64,000 nt of DNA from Podarcis filfolensis (Eukaryota): the NCBI GenBank assembly GCA_964270895.1, contig OZ185449.1; one strand, 5' to 3'. Below the pieces are notes generated by a model. The model made no database searches. It was not told the DNA's origin and saw only the letters and a program-made list of their open reading frames with translations. Shown here one piece after another: positions 52,079 through 62,915 of the stretch. Every line of letters starts with the position of its first letter. Within the stretch, counting starts at the first letter, position 1. A program made the position numbers and the translations under genes.

Positions 52079-52108
52079 GTACCTGCAAACCTTATGTCAT
52101 TTGAATAA
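52079..52108 (+). CDS. RALGPS1: RALGPS1 last coding exon: VPANLMSFE-stop
   Basis: ttttctctgccag acceptor; VPANLMSFE is the RALGPS1 C-terminus; TAA at 52106-52108. Confidence 0.96.
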   Translation, partial: VPANLMSFE

Positions 52109-55100
52109 CGTGCTCCAGTATGTGATGTGACTTCAAGTGCCAAACTGCAGGATGGGAAAATCATTCCCACAGGAAAATGGAGGAAGGGGACTCTAGAGTG
52201 AGCCAGCTGTCTGTAACAGTGACTTCAGCACTTTTCTTATATAACTTGAAAGTAATTATGACACAGCTTCTAAAAGCAGAAAGTGAATGTTGTCCTTAGG
52301 ACAGGATCTAACTCAATGCACTGATGAGAGAGGTGATTTAGACTGATTGAAGATACAACCTGCTTAGTGCAGGATCCTTGACTTTAGCTTTGTGGTCACA
52401 GACTACCGTGGATTTCTGTTCTGCCACAAACTGTGCATCACATCTTCTGCGGATTTTTTTTTTAACTGCTCTTTTTATTGTTGAGCTGCTTTATGTGACT
52501 GAAGAACATTTAGCCCATGTTGGGTTTTCAATTATTTCTAATGCACAAAATGATGACAGTGTTAACTTTGCTGCAAAGTGTCAATTAGAATAGGACATTG
52601 TGGAACAACGTTTTTATAACCTTAAGTGCACTGAGTTGCTTGGCAATGTGGCTGCCTCAGATTTTGTATCAAACATAGGGACAAACCAATGTTCATACCT
52701 GAGCTATTTGAGAAATGTGTATTTTGGCACAAGATAAACCACCTTCAATTTAGTGTTTGTTTCTTGTAATTGGTTGTGCTGCTTTGTTTTAATTAACTAC
52801 AGGTGCCCAGGCAAATGAAGGGTCTCTTGCTGCTGAAAAATCAGTTGGTGTTAACGCTCCTCCTGGGTTCTTTCACTCCAAAAAGAAATATTTGCCTTAA
52901 ATTATTTGTTTTTCTTTTTACTGTGGGTGCTATTCATCAAAAATGTCTAGCTGTGTGTCACCTGCCCCCGGGTCTTCTGGGGCAAAGGGCATCTGCTCGA
53001 TCAGTTAAGTTGCAAGAGCATTCCTGCCTTGGGACGAGGGGTTACACCCTCTCCCTTTCTCTGGGGGTGGGGGGCGGTTGCCAGTATATCCTTCCTGAGC
53101 CCACCTTTTTTGATACTTCACATACCTTTCTTTCACAGAAAATCAGTGTTAAGGCTGTATTCAGCAAGGAAAGAATACATTGATTATCTCCCTTTCCCTC
53201 ATTTCCTAACATATGAATAGCAGTCAGTAAGCACTCAGCCACTGAACATCTGCAAGACTACAACTGAGTGGTACAGCTTTTAATAAACTTGGGAAGCCAT
53301 TTCAGATTAACAGAACTCTGCATCTGAAGAAAGCTCTGGCAAGGGCATGCTGTCTATTGATCTAATTGGATATTGTTAATCTTTGAATATTTTTATTTTA
53401 AATAATTTCCTTTAATGTTCAGTGTCTGTTGACTGTTTTGTTTTTAAATGTTATGTTGTATGCTTGTGTCATAGATCTAAGACTGAAATCCAGTATGAAA
53501 CTGGCTGTCAAAGAGAACCTAGTTACTGAATCTAGTAAGCTACCCAAAAGGGGCAATAGGCAATTTTACAGCAAGATGTATCCCCAAACACCCTTTTTAC
53601 AGTTGGGAGCTGCACAGCTGGCTTTCTTGCCAATCCAAAAGCTAAATTCATGAGAGTGAGGTAGCTGTAATAGGATATCCATAGGTCTATCAACAAACTC
53701 TTATCATCGGCCAGTGAATGGAATTCTCTTTTCAGACATCACCATCTCATAATGTGTTGGGATACAATTTTGAAGGGTTCTCTTGTACAGAGAGATGGAG
53801 TTTACATGTTTGGATTGTTTTTTCAAGAAGAACATTTCTCTGGATTTGCCATCAAAAGCAAAGGTGTATGATTTTGTAACTTCTCTGCGTATATGTGCTG
53901 ATAATATCCCACCTACCTGCAGGATGCAGAAAGAGACACATCTTGCCAGCTGAATGATGGTTATTAAAAGTCTGATCTCCAAACCTCCTACTTAATGCTG
54001 AAAAGCCAACACCATCCTTTTATACTAAATAATTAGCCTCATCCAGGCGTGTACTCAAGTTTTAAATGTCCGTATTTAAGCCAGAAACTCATTACAAAAC
54101 CATGGATAACATTATCATCACTTCTACAGTTGTAATAAATCAAAGGATCTTTCCGTTGACAGCCCAGCCTGAATTTTATCCTTTGTAACTTCCAAGGATG
54201 CCAAAAATGCAAGGAGCACCCACCTGATGCAGGGAAACTAATAAATGGTTAAAAGGACTAGGCCTTCTCATGCTGCCAAAGACCAAATGCTATAGAAAGG
54301 GAATTATGACATGCATAATTTAGTCACTCCATTGTCAACGAATGGCTTAAGGAAAAACAGTGGTGTTTGGGTTGCCTACCAATCAAATAATCGGATGGAG
54401 AAGAACAATCTGTATGGTAAATTTTACCTCAGTCCCTTAGGGGTTAAAATATGCATTGGTTAGAATACAAACTGTAGCTCTTTCGTCAAAACATATTTGA
54501 AGCAAAATAAATTTGAACTGCTCAGAATAAGTTCCAAGACCTAGTTATATAATGATTCATCAGTAATCCAGGTGCTCACAGTTAGTCAGAAGAGCAACAT
54601 TTAAACCTAAATAATAAATGCTTACACTTACTGGCTTGTTCATAAGTCAGTGTGAACCACAAACTGAAATTACAGTGGCTACATCCAAAAACCATACACT
54701 ATTGAAGGCAAAGGGAGTTTATTAGATGTCTCTGAGTGGACAGAAACAGCTGTCAAACATGAAGGCTGGAAAATAAGGTAAATTATGAGGAAATAAGTCC
54801 CATTGAATCCAGTGGCCTTCTAAGTAAGAATGTGTGGTATTTGGCTGCAAAACTCTTTCAGAACAAACACTTACAGAAAGCAGATCTGTATTTTGCTTTA
54901 TATTTTACTTACTGGATAAACAAGGGAAAATATTTTGGCTTGTGAAGAATCCCCACATCACAAGAAAAATGCCTCCCAAAACTCATCAGCCTCCACCCTT
55001 TTACATCAAGCACCTCAATCCAAAGGAATTTGGATCAGAAATCAGCACAGTCCTTGATAATGACATTGCATTAATGAAAATAACACTTGTCATGGTGACA

Positions 55101-56400
55101 CCCATGAGAGGGGAAATCTCCTTTTGTAATGAATGAAACTTGCATGCATCTGTAGAGGGGGGAAATCTCTTGGAATTAAGCTACTTGAAAGTCCCTCTGC
55201 AAATCTGCATTTGGAATGTTTTGTTTTGTTTTTGTTTTTAAGAAAAGAAAGCAAGAACCAGTGATGCAAATGGCTGGCCATGATTTTGATTTGTTGTATA
55301 TGGACATGGAAAGTTGTACAATAATGAGTTGTGTGATAATGGTGATATGATGCAGTATTCAGCAATATAAGCATCTTTGCTGCAGTGTTTTGAGAAGATG
55401 AAATAAACGAGTGTTAGTACAGTATATGGAAATTGTTATTAGCATAATCCACATTTAAATGGTTCTCGTCCTATAAAAGCATGAAGCTCTACTTAGCTAC
55501 TGATTTTTTTGTGTGTGCACCTTTTACTGTGAATTCAAGTGATGCATATTGGTACTATTTAAAATACCACCTCCCTCAAAGCATATCACAAAAACTGTGC
55601 CCTGGCATGTGTGTGTATGTGTGTGTAAAAATACACACAAACTCACACTCAGCTCTTGTGCTTGAAAACAGTTCAAATAATTTCAATGGTGGCAACAGAT
55701 CCACGTGTGCAAAGGCAAATTGGCTTTGTCCTTTGAAATGAATAGTGGTGCTGGTGCAGGTGAGATAACCTCATACTGCACATCAGTATTCCTATGCCCA
55801 GAACAGACTATTGGATCAGGTCCTAGTGAACAGTGATAATTGTACAAAGCTAGTCTTTTTGTTCAGCTATTCTGCAAAAGGGTCCCTATCAAATTATTTT
55901 CAGGATGACTGTTAATGATTTGTTTAGCTGTATTGAGCAATATTATTTATTATTAATTTATTAGCGTGTATGTAATTTAAAAGTAAACTTAGTGCCAAAA
56001 TGCATGTTTTTCCAATTAGCACTCAGTCAAGGTATAGACAATAGTATTCAATTTTTGACCCATTTGTCACATTGTGATGTAAACCAATTTCTATATTTCA
56101 ATTTGTTTCTTGTGAGAACTGTTGCACTATTTTATTTTATTTTATTTTTACTTTTAGCTGTATTCCAGCAGCCCACTGCATGCCATTTGTGTAAGGCCTC
56201 TTTCTAAAAAATCTTGTGAATTGTCTCTCATAATAACCACTGAACTTTTAACTCTTGTGTGGGAGTCTTTTAGGTTTTTGGCACAGTATTTTGTTACCTC
56301 AGTCTTCTATCAGGTTGCTGTATTTTTCAGCTTGTTACATTGATGATAATTGTTTCACTAATTAAAAACTTTAATGTAAAAATAAAATGTAGTTTTCTTT
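52109..56400 (+). other. RALGPS1: RALGPS1 3'UTR (about 4.3 kb, end approximate)
   Basis: Follows the stop codon; no transposon recognised; AU-rich terminal block. AATAAA at 56381-56386 is followed by a U-rich tract; other AATAAA at 54134 and 55402. Confidence 0.6.
56381..56386 (+). terminator. Candidate distal polyadenylation signal of RALGPS1
   Basis: AATAAA followed by tgtagttttctttctttgg (GU/U-rich downstream element). Confidence 0.55.
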
Positions 56401-58077
56401 CTTTGGCACATATTTTACACATATGGTTTATAACTGCTTTTTGACCCAAAGGCCCCCAAAGCTATGAACATATTAATACAAAAGAAAAATGCAATTAATA
56501 TAAAATAGCAGATCACGATTACACTGGTTGTGCATTCGTCAACAGCACCCATGCTGTCACTTAACATGCAGCTCCCCAGCATTCCACCTTTTGCTTGGGA
56601 GCCAGGTTAACTAACACACATACACCTCTTGCCCAGCTCATCCAATCTCTCACATCCACAAGCAGTCATCCAGCAGCAGTACCCTCATCCTCATCACCCC
56701 CCAAAGGAGTAACACAAAGGCGTGATTTCCACTTGCAGCTACTCACATGCAATAGGTTGTTGTTTACCAGGTGCAGATAAAAAAGTCTGGGGAGCCAAGT
56801 TAGCATTGTCAGGCTCCTGCCGAGGCCCATATTCCTGAAGAGGATGTTTACTGATCAAGAACTTTCTGGCCCTGCTGCTTTTGCCCCTTGAAGTTGCTGC
56901 CCTCGGTGAATGGACAACTAACTACATTAAGTGAGGATATAGAGCAGCACGCCCAACTTGCTTTGCACTCCCCCTCCTAGTTGCTGAGTGGATTGGGCTG
57001 AAAGTGGGGAAGCAAATGGGCAGCAGTGGCAGGGTTAAAGAAGAGACGGCCCAATTCAGAGACAGTTGGTCCACTTGCCCAAGAGTTTCCAAAACCTAAA
57101 AACTTTGCAGAATTAGTGTTCTTGAGGATTTCAACTTCTCTTGTTTTTTAAAAATAAAAGGCTTCTATCCTTTGTGATATCAGTGAAATTTATATTTGAA
57201 ACTGCAATGGGTATTGGCAGAAGCCTCCAGGGTTCAGGAAGTTGAATTTGTTTCTGTTGAGGTTCTGAAGAATAAAAGACAATTCCATAAAGCCTGACAA
57301 GAACAAAATATGTATAAAGAAAACTAGGAAATGTTGGGGTTAAACAATCAGGCAAAAGACTTTCATCAAGCTGTTCACACAAATTTGCTGGCATTTTATA
57401 GTTAATTCTCAACTACATGCTCCCCCCCCCCCAAAAAAAAACCTGAATAGGCAAAAACAACATTAGAAGTGGTCCTTGGTGTCAAGTGAAGCTGTCAAAA
57501 TTTTCACACAGCTCTTGAATAGCACTATACTCAATGATACTGCAAATAGAACTTTGACAGTTATATGCCACCGAATTTCAGGTGTAGGGGATAAATGTTA
57601 GGAGAGAGCTCTTTAATGTCCTGCATGCAGGCTTCCTAGAGGCATCTGGTTGGTTACAGTTTTATGTACATAAAATGTTTTCTCGGGGAAAACTAAGAAC
57701 AGACCAAAGGCCTGCTGAGGTGCCCTCCCATGTGACTATGGGAGCAGGGTGTAAGTGCAATATCCTTCTCCTACTGTTGGTCCCCTGAGAGAGACTAGTA
57801 TCCAGACGCAATGTATCTCTGTTCCCAGAGGTTAGGATATCAGCTGTTCAACACTGCCATGTGTCGCCAGCCAAACATTGTGCTTTGGTGGTATACTGCA
57901 TGTTGAAAAATGTTGAAAAAACATTCTGCATTGGCCTCTGCCCACAAGACACCGGATGAAACTTTTCCAGCTCTCACCTCGAGAGCTGAGGTGGTTTCAC
58001 CGAGGCTTGTACGAGTCTGGGACAATGCAGGTCTCTCCACTGTATGAAGGCAGATTGGGATGGTGGTTTCACCCTTG

Positions 58078-58826
58078 GCAAGGAACTAAAAGCACCACTG
58101 GCCAACTGGAGGGGGTCTTGCAGGGCTGCTGCAATGGAGCCAGTTTTTGGCCTGCGACCTTAGGAGCCAACCCCTAAATACACTCCTGACTTGACCTGAC
58201 TAGAACAAATTATATTGAAAGATAAACAGGCATTCCCCTTTTGCTTTATACTTTTTTAAGCAGTCTTAAGTTGGTGAGTATCACCACCCCTCAGATAAGG
58301 CGGTCTAAAACAGAACATTTGCATGTTGTTTTCTCCTGTCGCTTTTTTTATTTCCTGTCTGGCAGGTTACTTGATTGGATTTCTTGGGGAGCCTGGGCAG
58401 TCTTTTGTAATGATAAGGCTCACACCTTTATTCAAACACAGATTAAGACAGGATTTGTGAAGGAAGAGACAATGGGGAGGCTTTTCCATTTTGACCATGC
58501 AGAGAAACATTTACTCAGTTTAGGAATCAAAATGGTTCCAGGTTGGCTTTCCTGTGCTGATCTATGTACGTGTGGTTATGAACGTTGCCATATATCTAAG
58601 ACCATAAAATTCCTATCACAGCAAGGAACTAAAAGCACCACTGGCCAACTGGAGGGGGTCTTGCAGGGCTGCTGCAATGGAGCCAGTTTTTGGCCTGCAA
58701 CCTTAGGGGCCAACCCCTAAATACACTCCTGACTTGACCTGACTAGAACAAATTATATTGAAAGATAAACAGGCATTCCCCTTTTGCTTTATACTTTTTT
58801 AAGCAGTCTTAAGTTGGTGAGTATCA
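58078..58826. repeat. 206-bp direct repeat (58078-58283 and 58621-58826), 204/206 identical, 337-bp unique spacer
   Basis: Read-through comparison shows two substitutions only (gcgacc/gcaacc, ggagcc/ggggcc). Confidence 0.97.
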
Positions 58827-59859
58827 GCACATCTTTGTGTTAATACATTCCATAGTTTAATTGTATGCTGTCTCCATCCTGAATTTCCCACCATTCAACA
58901 TGACTGGACAACTCTGGGTTCCACCAATACAAAAGACACAAAAAATGTTGCTCTAAAAAAGGTCTTACTCAGCATAAGGTAGCTCCTTCTGTTCATGTGT
59001 AGTTTTTGTGTAACCTAGTAAACACTGTTTTCTCACTGTGCCAATTATAGGCAAGTATTGGGCATCATTTTGCTTTTATTTCTGTAGCTAAATTATACTT
59101 TGCATTCTCCCTTCACTTTCAGAGGCACCATGCCTTCTGAATGTGTTACTGGGAATCACAAGTGCGAATTACCAGAGGCATCTTAAGTGGCCACTACAAA
59201 AACAGGATGGATTAGATTAACCTTTGGCCTCATACAGCATGGATCTTCTTATGGGTTACAATAAATAAAACTAGTGTTTTGGTTAAGTGACTCTGAGTGT
59301 TCTGAGAGGGGGAAGTCCAAACAGGCTTATCAAGGTGAATGCATTAATCCTTTCAGTCAAATTATTAAAGTAGACTTAGGGTGGGAACACTGAACGATTG
59401 AAGACTGGGAACTGGCCTGTTTACGCCTGAGGCCTACTCCTACTGTGCTCTATAGTGCTGGGTGCACTATTAACAAAACAACAACGAAAAATAAGCTAAA
59501 CATTGCAGTTAACACAAAAGGCATATTATATGGCTGAAAAAATCAATACGGCATTAATGATCTCTAAAAAAATACAGTGGTTGGACAGGGGCAGATGGAG
59601 GGGAAGTGAGAGGCTACATTTTGAGGGCAGAACAGAAAAGGGCCCCCAGATTTAAACCACGTGAGCGAAATGAGATAAATAATAATGTTATCTTCTTGAT
59701 CCATTTATCCACTGTCGTCGTCGTTACACGTGTTAATCTATTTAAACTGCTATCTTGATGGCAGGGTTCCCCACTCCATGTGGGGGAGGCCATATTCACA
59801 GTCTAAAAACAGTTAACTTCTTGATCTATTTTAAACTGTTACCTTGAAGAAGATTGTTC

Positions 59860-60240
59860 ATTTGTGTTGTTGTTGTTTTTGCTCCCTAGACGGGTATGTC
59901 CGTTTTCTTTCCATCGCACTCGCCCAGGAGCCATTTCAGGGGAAAGATGACTTGAAGAGGGGGAAAAAGGCGGGAAGCGTCCCTTTAACTGCAGCCTTTA
60001 AAAAAAAATCCCCTCAGGCTGCAGTTAAAAGGACGCTTCCCGCCTTTTTCCCCCTCTTCCTTTTCTTTCTGTCCTCAGAGGCCTTAAAGTGCTGGGAGGT
60101 AGGAGGGCAGGAAGGAGCAGGTCTTAAGTTTCTTTTAAACCGCACTTTCTTCCCCCTTCGTGGCAAATCCTTGTATAAGAGGTAATTCTAACCGCCGCGC
60201 GCCCCGACCCAAGTTGGTGAAAAATACGCTCCCTCGTTAT
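59860..60240 (+). promoter_or_regulatory. CpG-rich candidate promoter or first exon of the GT92 gene (or of the next downstream gene)
   Basis: CpG cluster in otherwise CpG-poor DNA (for example accgccgcgcgccccgacc); possible donors at 59894 (gtatgt) and 60182 (gtaatt); two CACGTG E-boxes just upstream (about 59660 and 59730). Confidence 0.5.
59954..60059. repeat. Inverted repeat: 44-bp arms (43/44 complementary) with an 18-nt loop
   Basis: 59954-59997 is the reverse complement of 60016-60059 except for one position. Confidence 0.97.
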
Positions 60241-61113
60241 GGGGGGAGAGGAGAGCAGATCACAACAACCTTCTATAGCTGGGGAAACAGGCCCCCACCA
60301 CCACCACAAACACACTTTGTATATTGGGGGGGGGGGTCCTGGATCCATGAACAAGGAAGGGAAGCGCGCATATTAATGGAGTGGGGGGGGTGCCATCCCC
60401 TTACCAGTTTGGGGAGCGTGTGGTGACTTTATTAATAGTAGCAGGAATGACCAAACGCCATTTTGAAAGGAAAACGGATAGGAACCCTTTATGAATTGGG
60501 GGTGGGGGGAGAGAGACAGAAAATCCCGAATTTGCAAGAGTTGAGAGGTATTTCTCACAGACTAGGAGGGCGAATGAGAGAAACCCACATAAATAAGTAT
60601 GGGGCTAGCTAATAACTTTATCTTTGGGGTAAGGGATAGCTTTTTAACATGGGTCAGAGAGCTCATCTATAAAGGTGGAGTAACTTGTGTTTTTTGGGCA
60701 GGGATTATATTGTCTTTTTGTCAATACTGTACAGTATAGAAGAATTATCCCACATTTATTGGTGTTGGGGAGGGGGGAGGAGATACAGAAAGTAAAGGGG
60801 GGGTCATTTATAGCAGAAGGGAAGCTTATTTAAATCACTCCCCACTCCCATCCTCTCCAGGAGGACAAAGCAAAGTCCCCCTTAGTAGGAGTGTGAGGAA
60901 CTAAACTGGACTAATTTATGGTTAGGGAGTGTGAATTCCTTTCAAGCACACACTGAGAAGATATTTCATATATGGGAGAGCTGATCACACATAATATCAT
61001 CATTATGAGTTGGCATGTATTCCAGTGTCACAATTATTCAATATTTTAAGGCCTTGTTAAGCATCTTTCTAAGTCTATCCTTAAAATTGGTTTCTTGGTT
61101 TTGAGTAAGTTGA

Positions 61114-61152
61114 TAATAACATTCTCTCCCTGCTTTTCCATTTCAGTTACAG
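61114..61152 (+). promoter_or_regulatory. Splice acceptor (tandem AGs at 61145-61146 and 61151-61152) upstream of the GT92 start codon
   Basis: taataac followed by ttctctccctgcttttccatttcag|ttacag; implies an upstream non-coding exon. Confidence 0.75.
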
Positions 61153-61181
61153 GCACTTTGTTGCAAGGCCAGGAGTTAAAG

Positions 61182-62498
61182 ATGTATTTCTGTAGAAGAA
61201 ACAATTTTATGGTGGTAGTTTCTTTTCTAATTGTACTGTCCTTTGAAGCATACTTGTGGATGATGCAAACCCCTTTGCTGCCACAAACAATACAGTCAAC
61301 GGATCTCTGCAAAGGTGAGATTGCCAATGATACAATAACAGCTTTAAAATATAATAAAACATTTATCATTTCACCGTATCACGATGACAGAGAAGAAAAC
61401 CTAACTCGTGTGATCGCAGTAGTGCGCTACAAGAAAATACAGGACCTTTATTGTTGGTTTTGCTGTAGTCATGATGGCCATGTCTCCATAATAAGAGCAG
61501 CCATAGACATTCACTTGGATAGAGCTGATTTCCCTTTTGGTCCAGCAGATATCGTGTGCTTGGAACCCAGAAAGTGCTCTCCAAAATACGTGTCAATTCA
61601 TTCATCTCCTAGAGGGAAAATCGACAAGCTACCAAGGTTTGAAATTAAGAACCGTGTGCCCGAGGATTCATTTTCTGCTGAATTCACCCTTTGTCTCCCT
61701 GTCATGTTTGGAAACTACAGCAATGTCTTGCAGTTCATACAAAGCATGGAAATGTATAAAATTCTTGGTGCACAGAAAGTGCTGGTCTACATGTACAACT
61801 GCAGCCAACTCATAGAGAAAGTATTGGAATTTTATGTTGCAGAAGGTACCATTGATATTATTCCATGGCCAATTTTTTCATATGTTAATTTCTCTTCTTT
61901 CTGGTATTCTTCCAAAGACTGGGACTATGGGAAAGCTACAGTCCTAAATGATTGCATCTACCGCAATATGTACAGGAGCAAATATGTGGTTCTTAATGAC
62001 ATTGATGAAATTATCCTACCCATTAATCATCTGAGTTGGAAAACAATGATAAGCGATCTTGAGGATCGAAATCCAGAGACAGGCATCTTCTTGTTTGAGA
62101 ACCATTTATTTCCTCAGCATATCTTTTCCTCTACAGACACACTCAACATTTCATCCTGGAAAATGGTCCCAGGAACTAATATACTGCAGCATATTTACAG
62201 AGAGCCCATTAAACTGAAGTTTAGTAATCAGAGAAAGATGATCGTTAATCCAAGAGCAGTGGTTCAGACTTCAGTCCACACCATTCTCAAAGGTTATAGT
62301 AAGACGCTGGTAGTTCCCAAAGAGATTGCAATTCTTTATCACTGCAGACAGTATGTTGAAAAAGAGGTCCCTGGAAAATACCTCATTAGGGACACAACGA
62401 TCTGGAGATACAATGTTTCTTTGATTAATAATGTTAACAACATACTTGAAAAACAATTCCCTAGAAAGAGTTCCAAGTTTAGATGGAATAAATTCTAG
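61182..62498 (+). CDS. Glycosyltransferase family 92 (DUF23; beta-1,4-galactosyltransferase GALT-1-like), 438 aa, type II membrane protein, single coding exon
   Basis: Uninterrupted ORF; ATG at 61182 in aaagATG context just after a splice acceptor; short N-terminal tail plus hydrophobic anchor (FMVVVSFLIVLSFEAYLWMM); GT92-type motifs MEMYKILGAQKV, LNDCIYRNMYRSKYVVLNDIDEII (DxD) and C-terminal YHCR; eight N-X-S/T sequons. Confidence 0.9.
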   Translation: MYFCRRNNFMVVVSFLIVLSFEAYLWMMQTPLLPQTIQSTDLCKGEIANDTITALKYNKTFIISPYHDDREENLTRVIAVVRYKKIQDLYCWFCCSHDGHVSIIRAAIDIHLDRADFPFGPADIVCLEPRKCSPKYVSIHSSPRGKIDKLPRFEIKNRVPEDSFSAEFTLCLPVMFGNYSNVLQFIQSMEMYKILGAQKVLVYMYNCSQLIEKVLEFYVAEGTIDIIPWPIFSYVNFSSFWYSSKDWDYGKATVLNDCIYRNMYRSKYVVLNDIDEIILPINHLSWKTMISDLEDRNPETGIFLFENHLFPQHIFSSTDTLNISSWKMVPGTNILQHIYREPIKLKFSNQRKMIVNPRAVVQTSVHTILKGYSKTLVVPKEIAILYHCRQYVEKEVPGKYLIRDTTIWRYNVSLINNVNNILEKQFPRKSSKFRWNKF

Positions 62499-62909
62499 GA
62501 GGCATTGTAGCTTTTATAAACAGTTGTATTTTTACACATACAAAATTACTTACTAACAAAGTGCTGGTACAATCCATATGCTAAATTTGTAGAACTTAAT
62601 TCTACAATTAGAAATGTACAACCACCTACTGTATGCTCAGTAAAGTTGTAAGGATTTTTTAAAAAAAACATTTCCCCCGGACATCAGTTTCTATTCACTG
62701 TTACCTGGACTTAAATCTACACTATAGATTGCCCTAAGGTCATACTCTTAGAACTGTCATGGCTTTCTTCAAAAAATCCTAGGAACTGTAATTCACCGAC
62801 TGTTTCTCTATTCATCTCCCTTTTCACTGTTTCACTGTTGCTTAACATCCTGTCCAATGAATAGTTTTGAAAAACTTGCTTATCATTTTGTGCAGTTTAT
62901 TTGGTCCTG

Positions 62910-62915
62910 AATAAA
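62910..62915 (+). terminator. Candidate polyadenylation signal of the GT92 gene
   Basis: AATAAA about 410 nt after the stop codon. Confidence 0.5.

Noticed and set aside
58241-58720. 159-aa ORF ending in the duplicated segment
   Set aside because: Non-ATG start; its C-terminus is just the repeat read in the same frame as ORF 57956-58177; no protein-like features.
61095-61181. Longer N-terminus of the GT92 ORF given in the ORF track (467 aa)
   Set aside because: It starts at a non-ATG codon and runs through the pyrimidine tract and acceptor; the ATG at 61182 has good context and gives a normal type II topology.
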